The notes under the pieces: model-generated
What the model saw: only the letters and a program-made list of their open reading frames with translations
Databases searched by the model: none
What the model was told of the DNA's origin: nothing
Shown here: in pieces, positions 39,008 through 47,600 of the stretch
Numbering within the stretch: position 1 is the first letter of the stretch
Layout: the number at the start of each line of letters is the position of its first letter
NCBI GenBank assembly: GCA_965202985.1
Contig: CBDBCF010000002.1
Span: forward strand, 128,001-192,000
Source of the DNA: Longimicrobiales bacterium
GTDB taxonomy: Bacteria; Gemmatimonadota; Gemmatimonadetes; Longimicrobiales; Gaopeijiaceae
Direction: 5' to 3'
DNA length: 64,000 bases
Translations under genes and position numbers: made by a program

Positions 39008-41578
39008 TCAAGCGTCCACATCTGGTCGTACAGGCACTGCGTGAACCGCCGCGCGAACTTCGTCGTAGATGTCGATACCGAGTTCCTCGGCCACCTCCAG
39101 CGTTATGGCAAGCGCGTAGGGGACTTCTTCTTCCAAGCTCCCGGCCCCGGCGCGGCAGCTGACTTGAATTTCTAGGTCTGCGCCCTCGACAAATTCTGCT
39201 GGTCGTTGGCCTTCAAGTATCTCGTGCTGCAACGTCCCGCGTCGCACTGCCCGCCCATCTGCATGCTGGCGACGTACATTAATCGGGTCCTGCGGAGGGT
39301 CGAAGCTGAGGGCAGCTTTCCGCCAAGCTTGATGTCGTGGGTTGACCGGTGACAGCCACGCAAGGGTAATCGCGAGTCTTCGATGACCACGCTTCCCCTG
39401 CAGGGACGGCGGCAACGGGAAGCGAAGGATGTGCGACTGGTCTTGCCGAAGCATACCGCCACCGAGAGCCGTGACTCGCTGGGCAGTGCACTCTTGCACT
39501 CGATCGATGTTCACTACTCCGTATCCAAGGAACCGCGTGACGTGCTCTTTGAGCTGTCGGCTGTTGTTCTTGTTCTTCAGTACCCGAGTCAGTATCGCTC
39601 CTGCCTCTCCCCATTCTGCTCCGTGCGCGACGATTGCCTTGAGCCAAACTGCTCGGGGAACGCCATCGATGGTCTCTCCCCACGGTTCCGCACGAAGCTC
39701 GTCCAAGACGTCGTAGAGCATCCCGCAGGCTCGACTGACCAGCGCGGTCGCGTTGCTCGTGCCCCGCGAGTACTTTACTGCTCCTCGGTCGCCCGGGTTT
39801 GCCCCCGGGGAGGCTACCCGCTGTCCGGGTGGAAGCGGTCCTCCGTAGAGCTCGAAAGCGGCTCTGCCTCTCTTCGTTTGCTGCACCATGACCCGTCCAC
39901 CTGCCGCCAACACATCTGGCTTTATCCCGCGACGATGCCCCATGCCTTGAGCGTTGATTGGACTGGGAAGCCCCGTGGCAGTAAAGGGATCGTCCCATCC
40001 GGGCGGCGGTGCCTCGGTCGACGCGTCCTCGTGCGCCGAAGCCACGGTGAGCGCATTCACTGCCTCGGCAGGCGAAAGGAGGCGGCGGTGTCGCGCGTCG
40101 GCGGCAACAGATCGAATCACCTCTTCCTGATTGTTGCCAAACAACTGTCGGCTCGGTTGTTTTACTGCCGACAGGTCGATGTTTCCATGGTTGCCGGCAC
40201 TTACGACAAAGAGGACCTTGTAATGCCACGCCAGCCAATCGAGCAAGCGTGCAAGTGGACTCAAGCTGAGATCAAAGGGCCGATCCCGGATGCCAATCGA
40301 CAGATTGACAATCGCCACGTGCGGTGCCACTGGTGCTTGGTTCCCGTCTCCCTCGAACAGGCGTCGAACCGCCCTGTGAATCAAATCGACCACGAGCGTT
40401 CCTTCGGGCATGGATTCGGCGTCCGCCCAGTCATGCGGTCGCAAGATCGGACGCACGTACAATGATCTCGCGAGAGGAACTTCACCTGCGGCCAGGTCGC
40501 CGTGGAGAATGAGCGACGCCATGGCAGTGCCATGCTGGCGCTGGAGGGGCGGAGAGTCTGCTTCGAAGCCGTCTGGATCATCAACGACGAGCCGTCCCTG
40601 AAGTCGACGGTGTGCCTGTAGCGGAAGCCCATCAAACATCGCAACAACGGGAAAGCCTGCCGGCGGCTCCTCTGACATCGCTTCCCGATCTTGATCCTGG
40701 AACTCGTCCGCCAGGCGCACGGACATCTGCCCGGCGGCTCGAAAGAACTGGATCGCCTCGCACTGGACGAGATCGATATCGGACTTGCCCATCTCCCACA
40801 CAGGGCGAATGTGAACCACAGGTAGCTGAATCAGAAGGGCGTGATAACGGATCTCTGGAATGTCCGCTTCGGCTTGCACTTGGCCGTCCATGCCTTTGGC
40901 AAGGCTCACAACCCGATTCCGAGCCGTACGACGCTGTTCCGGCTTGTTCCGATACCAGAGCTCGATTTCGCATGGTACCACTTCTTGACCGTGCTTCACA
41001 CGCTGGCGCCAATCTTCGAGTATTCCCGTTTCCGAAAGGCGGTCCTGTATGCCCCAGTGCCGAAGCTCACGGATCTGTTGAAAGAGCCACTTCCATTTAC
41101 CAAGGCGGTAAGGAAGCTTATCCCCCGACTGCCAGGTTTTCCAAAGCGACATCAGATACTTCAACGCATCTTGGTCCGAAAAGACCAAGAATACGCGGCC
41201 CCGAAGGTCCTTGTCCAGGCGTGTCTCGCGATCATGGGCCGTGGCGAAGAAATCGTCATCTGGAGGGATTCCCTCGACCTCTACCTCGGCAAGCCACTCC
41301 ATGCCGGGCACTCTCTCCACGGCGCGCATGAAATCGCCCACCGCCCCCACAGTCTCCAGCACTATCACTTCCTCGGGGACGAGATCACGCGACTCCGTTT
41401 GCAGCCGGACCCGCCGCTCGTCGAATGCTTGCCGTAGTCGCTTGAACTGGGGTGAAAGCCGTTCTTTCTGCCGCTCAACGCTCGGGCGTTGGAACTTTTC
41501 GCCGCCAAACCCGCTCCCTTTTTGCCGCGCCAAGGGCGCCCCTGGGCTCGGGAGAATCAGCAGAGGACGTTCAGGCAT
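39008..41578 (-). CDS. S8 subtilisin-like serine protease (IetS-like)
   Basis: Catalytic triad VAMFDG / HGTAMASL / GTSNAT; VNLSIG, VSAGN, KPDV; 8-nt overlap with the upstream AAA gene. Confidence 0.9.
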   Translation of the reverse strand: MPERPLLILPSPGAPLARQKGSGFGGEKFQRPSVERQKERLSPQFKRLRQAFDERRVRLQTESRDLVPEEVIVLETVGAVGDFMRAVERVPGMEWLAEVEVEGIPPDDDFFATAHDRETRLDKDLRGRVFLVFSDQDALKYLMSLWKTWQSGDKLPYRLGKWKWLFQQIRELRHWGIQDRLSETGILEDWRQRVKHGQEVVPCEIELWYRNKPEQRRTARNRVVSLAKGMDGQVQAEADIPEIRYHALLIQLPVVHIRPVWEMGKSDIDLVQCEAIQFFRAAGQMSVRLADEFQDQDREAMSEEPPAGFPVVAMFDGLPLQAHRRLQGRLVVDDPDGFEADSPPLQRQHGTAMASLILHGDLAAGEVPLARSLYVRPILRPHDWADAESMPEGTLVVDLIHRAVRRLFEGDGNQAPVAPHVAIVNLSIGIRDRPFDLSLSPLARLLDWLAWHYKVLFVVSAGNHGNIDLSAVKQPSRQLFGNNQEEVIRSVAADARHRRLLSPAEAVNALTVASAHEDASTEAPPPGWDDPFTATGLPSPINAQGMGHRRGIKPDVLAAGGRVMVQQTKRGRAAFELYGGPLPPGQRVASPGANPGDRGAVKYSRGTSNATALVSRACGMLYDVLDELRAEPWGETIDGVPRAVWLKAIVAHGAEWGEAGAILTRVLKNKNNSRQLKEHVTRFLGYGVVNIDRVQECTAQRVTALGGGMLRQDQSHILRFPLPPSLQGKRGHRRLAITLAWLSPVNPRHQAWRKAALSFDPPQDPINVRRQHADGRAVRRGTLQHEILEGQRPAEFVEGADLEIQVSCRAGAGSLEEEVPYALAITLEVAEELGIDIYDEVRAAVHAVPVRPDVDA

Positions 41579-42590
41579 CGCTTGGCGCATCCGCTGGCTC
41601 GGCCAGCGGTACCGGTGCCTTGGAACGGTCCTGCCACTGCCTCAGCCGCTCTGCAACGATTGCGCGCAGATTGTGGTTGGGGAGCGTGAGGACGTACTGC
41701 CGCTGCACATCGAGGGCGAACTGCTCCAGTTCAGAGAAGCTCACACCCCTGAGACGCTTCGCCAAGGTGGCGGGCTGGTACCCGAGCTGCTCGCCGAGGC
41801 GTTTCTCGAAGCGGCGGAACCACTCCTCCGCCAGCGAGAGAGTAGGAGGGGGGAGGTTCAGCCGGAGCTGAAACCGACGCCAGACCGCCCTGTCCAGCAG
41901 TTCGGGATGGTTCGTCGCCGTGACCACCACGACATGGCTGGGCAAATCGTCGATCTTCAGCAGGAGCGAGCTGACGACTCGCTTTATCTCTCCGGTCTCG
42001 TGGACGTCTCCGCGCTCTTTTCCGACCACATCGAATTCGTCGAAGAAGAGCACGCACCGGCGCGTCCGGACCTCGTCGAAGAGCCGGGCAAGACGGACCG
42101 CCGTCTCGCCAAGGTAGCTGGCGATCACCGATTCGTACCGCACTGCGAACAACGGAACCGCTAGCTCCGTGGCGAGCGCTTCGGCCAGGGAGGTCTTCCC
42201 GTTGCCGGGCGGTCCGGTCAGCAACACCCGGTGCCGCGGTTCCAGATTGTGCGCTCGCAAGAGGTCAGCGCGCCGAAACTCTTCGACCAACTCCCTGCCC
42301 GCGTTCTCTACGGGGGCCGGAAGGACGAGGTCGCGCATCCGCCGTTCGGGATGGATCTCGTGAAATGGCCCGTCCACCGGCCCGTTGCGGTTGCGGCTCG
42401 TCAAGGGTGGCGAAGCAGTGGCGTTCGGCGGACTTGCCGCGTTGAGGTGAGAGGCTAGTCGGTCAGCCAATACGTGGTGCTGCTTGGCGCGTTCCTCGGT
42501 GACGAGGGCCTCGATGGCCTTGCGGAACAGGGGCTGATTGCCCCCAACGCCTGCGCGCACCAAGTCGAGGAGCAGATCGGCTCGGGCCAT
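41571..42590 (-). CDS. AAA+ ATPase (IetA-like)
   Basis: GPPGNGKTS, FFDEFD, ETGEIKRVVSSLL, ATNHPELLDRAVWRRF; GGAGG RBS. Confidence 0.92.
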   Translation of the reverse strand: MARADLLLDLVRAGVGGNQPLFRKAIEALVTEERAKQHHVLADRLASHLNAASPPNATASPPLTSRNRNGPVDGPFHEIHPERRMRDLVLPAPVENAGRELVEEFRRADLLRAHNLEPRHRVLLTGPPGNGKTSLAEALATELAVPLFAVRYESVIASYLGETAVRLARLFDEVRTRRCVLFFDEFDVVGKERGDVHETGEIKRVVSSLLLKIDDLPSHVVVVTATNHPELLDRAVWRRFQLRLNLPPPTLSLAEEWFRRFEKRLGEQLGYQPATLAKRLRGVSFSELEQFALDVQRQYVLTLPNHNLRAIVAERLRQWQDRSKAPVPLAEPADAPSDA

Positions 42591-42722
42591 GTCAGACACC
42601 TCCCTCAGGGGAGCACGGACGCGGACAAGGCAAACGTAAGGAATGGCACCCGTGGCCGTCTACCTCCCGGCAACGTGTGTTCGGCGAAGACAAAGAGGAA
42701 TCCCTGCTCCAGTCGTCCAAGC

Positions 42723-44693
42723 TCACCGCGTCTTCTCCCGCAACTGCTCCAGCTCCTCCCGAAACCGGTCCTCCGACGGCAGCAGCTTGATCGCCCTCTG
42801 GTAGGCCTCCTCCGCTTCGCGCCGGGGTGCGTTTAGCCAGGTCAACGTGCGGGCGAGTTCCCGCCAAGCCCAGGCGTGGCGAGCCGGGGATGCGTCGAGC
42901 TGCAGCACGCGCTCCAGGAGGGTCCGGGCCTCGGCAAGGAGGCGCCGGTTGGACTCGGGGATGCCGCTCCGCAGGGCCTCGCCAGCCAGCCACATCTTCG
43001 TCTGGGCGAATTCGAGCATCGCGCGGGGGTCGGCGTAGACGGCTTCGCCGGCGCGCTCGAAGTGCTGGTGCGCCAACTGCGAGTCGCGGGCTCGTCGCGC
43101 CACGATGGCCGCGTTGATGGCGTCCTGGCCGAACCGGGCCGCGTCGTCCTGCTGGAGAAGCTGCCGCGCCCGTTCGGGGTCGCCGGCCGCCACCAAGACT
43201 TCCGCCAGCGCGTTGGCCACGTGAACAGCCGCGACTCCCGGTCCTTGAGCCTTGAAGGCGCGGAACACATCTTCGGCGCGGGCCGTCTCCCCCTTCTTGG
43301 CGTAGGCCCGGATCAGTTCGACCGCGAGCGCTCCCGAGCCTGGGTTGCCCTGCCATGCGGCCTCGACGCGGCGAAACGCCTCTGCCTCGTCCCCCAGCAC
43401 CCGCAGGTGCGCCGCGTCTCGAAGGGCAGAGAGCGCCGCGTACTCGGGGTGGGCCGGCAGAGTCACCTGGAAGTACGTCCGCGACTCGTCGAACCTGAAC
43501 CGCGGCGGCGGCGAGCCGTTGGCCTCCATCGCGCGATACATCTTCGGAAGCCCTGTCAGCCGCAGCTCGGCGAACTTCAGCTCCTTGAAGAACTCGCCGA
43601 TCCGGCGGTTTCGGGCGGGAGCGCCCCGAAATGCGGCGCCGGGCACCAGGTGTTCCGACTGCACGCCTGGCACCGGGCCGGGGTAGCTGACGATCTCCAC
43701 CTTGTCGGGAAACAGGTAGACTTTCGTGGGATCGGGGTGCTCCACGTCGTAGCTGCGATGGTAGAGCGCGTTGACCAAGGCCTCTCGAATCGCGGGCACC
43801 GGAAAGTTGACCCATCCGCGAACTTGGCTGCGATGGTTCTGCTTCTGGACGTGATTCACCGAGAGGTTCTCGAGGTAAGTCATGCAGTCGCGGAACTGAT
43901 CCAAGAGACCGCCCTTGAAGACACGCTCTTCCTGGACGTCACCGGCGCGGTCGGCCGCGAACTGCACGACCTCGATCCACGCACCCCGAAACCACGCTGC
44001 AGGATCCGACGAGAACAACAACAGCCCAACGTTCCTGGGCACGTCGTGATCGTTCACCTTGGTGGTAAGGCGCATTCCGCGATAGACGGTCTCGGTTTCC
44101 GGCTCGTCCAAGAGCCCGCTCCCCACATCGTGCAGGAACTGCCGAACCCTCATTTCCCGCATGTCTTCAACGCGTGCGTCCATGGCCCTGCGGTCGTCCC
44201 ACGGCACACGGCCGGCCTGCTGCACCAGCGGCTGCAATAGGCCGTTAGGCTCTGCGTCCACGGTTTCGGCGCCGACACGAACCCAGTACCGTCGCCGCCC
44301 CTTCCCATCGGGTGCCCGGTGCGGCCTCACCTGACTCGCAAACGCCCACACGACCACAATCAATCGGTCGTCGACCCATTCGCGGGACAGAACCGGTTGG
44401 TAGTCTGGATCGATGCGTCTACAGTTGCCGCGAATCCACTTCTCCGCCGCCTCGGCCGTCTCGGGCACCAGGCCCACGGGCGGCAGCACGGCTCGACCGT
44501 CACGTTCCTCCACGCCAATGACCACGTACCCCCCGTTGAGGTTGTGGAGGTCGTTGGCGAAGGCGCAGATCGTTCGGAGCACCTGCGGGCCAGTCGTCTT
44601 GGGGTCCCAGGAACGCTTGAACTCGACCCGCTCCGACTCGACGGTTCGGCAGTCGAGAAGGTCATCCAGGTTGACGCGGAGGACGGTCTTCAT
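42723..44693 (-). CDS. Schlafen/AlbA_2 domain + GHKL-type (HATPase_c_4) domain + TPR-like C-terminus
   Basis: ESERVEFK, ICAFAN...GGYVVIGV; IREALVNALYHRSY, RNRRI...FKEL; helical repeats ending A..AYQRAI.L.P. Confidence 0.85.
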   Translation of the reverse strand: MKTVLRVNLDDLLDCRTVESERVEFKRSWDPKTTGPQVLRTICAFANDLHNLNGGYVVIGVEERDGRAVLPPVGLVPETAEAAEKWIRGNCRRIDPDYQPVLSREWVDDRLIVVVWAFASQVRPHRAPDGKGRRRYWVRVGAETVDAEPNGLLQPLVQQAGRVPWDDRRAMDARVEDMREMRVRQFLHDVGSGLLDEPETETVYRGMRLTTKVNDHDVPRNVGLLLFSSDPAAWFRGAWIEVVQFAADRAGDVQEERVFKGGLLDQFRDCMTYLENLSVNHVQKQNHRSQVRGWVNFPVPAIREALVNALYHRSYDVEHPDPTKVYLFPDKVEIVSYPGPVPGVQSEHLVPGAAFRGAPARNRRIGEFFKELKFAELRLTGLPKMYRAMEANGSPPPRFRFDESRTYFQVTLPAHPEYAALSALRDAAHLRVLGDEAEAFRRVEAAWQGNPGSGALAVELIRAYAKKGETARAEDVFRAFKAQGPGVAAVHVANALAEVLVAAGDPERARQLLQQDDAARFGQDAINAAIVARRARDSQLAHQHFERAGEAVYADPRAMLEFAQTKMWLAGEALRSGIPESNRRLLAEARTLLERVLQLDASPARHAWAWRELARTLTWLNAPRREAEEAYQRAIKLLPSEDRFREELEQLREKTR

Positions 44694-47600
44694 GACGGGT
44701 CGTCGGTGCCGAAGAGGTCGGAACGGTACTCTGCTCTGGGTTCGGCCGCCTTCATGAGGGGTTGGCGAGAGGGCGTGTCGGTGGCGAACTCGGCATATTC
44801 TTCGGATCCAAGGAGGTTCCTGGCGTGCAGGCGACACTCTCGCCACGCGTCCGCAGGACTTTGGGACAGCTGCCAGTCGTAGAATCGAGGGCCAAGGCGG
44901 CTGGCCACGGGTTGCGGCTGTTCCGCCCGTTCGTCGCGGCCAAGGCCGTAGTCAGCAAGGCGGAGTGTCTCGGGAATGAGCCAGCCTTCGCCGTGATTCT
45001 GATCCAGGAAGTCCCGGATTCCCATGTCTCTATCGCCGTTGCGGCTCTTGATTTTAGACTCAAGGTCAACAAATGCAACCATCGTCAGAACGGTCTGGCG
45101 GAGCTCTGGGTCCATGTTCTTGTCAACTCGCCAGAAGCCCTTAGCGTCATCATCATGTGCATGGACTTGTCCGATTTCTTGTGTCGGAATACAACAGTTG
45201 CGCAGAATATGGCCAATGTCATCCGCGTCAAGATTGAACAATGTCGACACGAGGACATCGATCACGATCTTCGCCCTGAGGCGTTCCCTGAGTGTAACTG
45301 GTGAGTGACCTGCTAGCAGTGGGTACATCGCTTCTTGCCCGAATATAAGCTCTGCCAGTCCATTCAACGACTTCACAAGAGACGCAAGAACGTGTCGAGT
45401 ACTCTCACTGACAGTGGCCAATACCGGTGTTTCTTCAATAATGAACCAGTTGGCACTGAGTCCCGACAGGCGAACACGAAGCGAGAAGTCATAAACAAAC
45501 GACGCCAGTATTGCACACAACAACGCACTATCGTCATCATCACTTCCGTCAACCCGCAGCACAGGAACGGAATTGCCACAAGGAACGTCGTGCAGGAGAG
45601 ACGAAATCATTGTCCTTGTATTCGTAGACGACGTTGTATTCATGAAGCCTACTTTACATCCACTTCGCAACTTGTGCTGCCGTTCATCGATTGCGTACTG
45701 TGGCTCAACTTGCTTTGTTTCCCATGGAATTTGCCTCCATACAGCACTCCGCCCTCTTCCACTTACCCACCCCTTCGCACTGAAGTCGAACTGCCCAATC
45801 ATGCGCCCTTCCCACAACGGAAAAGCTGTGTCGTCCACATCCCCTTCGATTATCCACTTGTTTCCATCTCGAGATAGGAACACCCCTGCAGGAATCGAAG
45901 TCCTCGGCACCGGCAGTCGGTCGTAGGGCGGCGGGGCGCACCGCACTTGCCAGAGGCTCCGAGCGATGTCCCCCGGCTTCAGCAGGTGGCCGTGGACAAA
46001 GCGGGCTTCCGCTTTCCGCCGCTCTGGCCCTGCCGTCGAATCGAACAGCCATCCTTCCAACTCCACTTCGGCTGGCGTCGGTCGAGACGGATCAACCCCG
46101 AGTTCCGCCCACAGCTCCCCGATCGGGCGCCATTTCCCAAGCAGCCACCGGCTGTACTCGTCGGGCTGGTAGCCCTTTGCCTCCCACTGGGCGCGTGGAG
46201 GAAACAGTTTCGAGTCGTTGGTCATATCGAACTCGCGCGTGTACTCTACGCCCCAGCCGTTTGGGCCGTTGTCCCCAAGGAGAACGCCGTTGGCGTACAT
46301 CTTCTCAAGGATGTCCAGGTCGCGCTTGGACTGAATTTCGAGCAGCGTCCGACTTTGGGGACTGAACTGCTCGACCTGAGAACGGGCGTACGGAATGGCG
46401 ACGGCTTCGGGGCGATCCCAGTCGTCCAGGTCGTGGCGCATGAACGCGGTGCGGATCGCTTCGGTGGAGCCGCCCTTCTGAACTACGACGGGGTTGAATT
46501 TGTAGCTCCTGTGGATCGGAAAGATCTTGTTGCCGTTCTCGATGCCGAATAACCATTCCCACTTGCATTGCTCCAGAAACAGGGTTCGGATCGGGGCCGT
46601 ACCGTAGTCGGAGTACAGCCCCGAGGGCACGATGAACCCCATTCGGCCGGCTGGACTGAGCAGGGCGTGGGCAACCTCGAGGAACAGCTTGTACAGGTTC
46701 AGGTCCGCAGAACCTTGTCGACAGAACGGGTGCATCGCGTCGGCGAACCCGGCCGACTGGCTACGGCGGACCCGCCAGCTTCTGTGTAGCACACCGTTGG
46801 TGGTGCCGCGTGCAAGTGAGAAGCGGTCCACGCTCTTGTCTTTGGTGATGGGGTCCCCGTATGGGCGCGCCGCATACTTCACATAGTTGGACTGGAACCG
46901 GAACCGGGCGTTGTAGTCGAGCCAATCGTGTTCGATAGCTTCGCCCGAGGCGGCGTCGTCGAAATAGGAAGTCTGTTTTCGGATCGCTTCCTGCTTTCGG
47001 TAGCTTCGGTACAGCGGATCGATGTTGGAGAAGAACTCGTGCGAGTTGGGCTTGGCGACGTCCCACGGCGGGTTCCCCAGGACCGCGTCGAACCCGGAAC
47101 CCGCTTCCCGGAATACGTCCGGGAACTCCAGCTCCCAGTGGAAGAACCGTGTATCGGCGGAAATACGATGGACCACATCCCGCGTTCCCTGCGACGGGTT
47201 GGCGAAGGCCCGGGGAAGTGGGGCGCACTCGATCTCGCCGGGGGGCCAGAACCAGCAGGCGCACCACAGGTCCATCGCATCCTTGAGTGCCGACCACGCG
47301 GGCGAGCCCACGAACTCGTCGCGGTAGAGCCGCGCCCGTTCCGTCGCGTCTTGCACGGGCAGGGCGTGCATCTTCTCCAGAACGGCCAGCGCACTGCGGT
47401 GGGCGTTGTCGTGGCGCTGCAGATGGTCGTCGAGGAAGAGGTCCGGGTCGCGGAGGAACGAGGCCAAGTCCGGCGTCAACCGGTCCTTCACGAACGCCTT
47501 GATCGCCTTCGTCCGGGCGCCCTTCTTGAAGTGGATGCCGTTGCCGTGGTTCTTGTCGCCGCCTTCGCGGTTCTTCCAGGCCATGACCGGGTCGTGGGCG

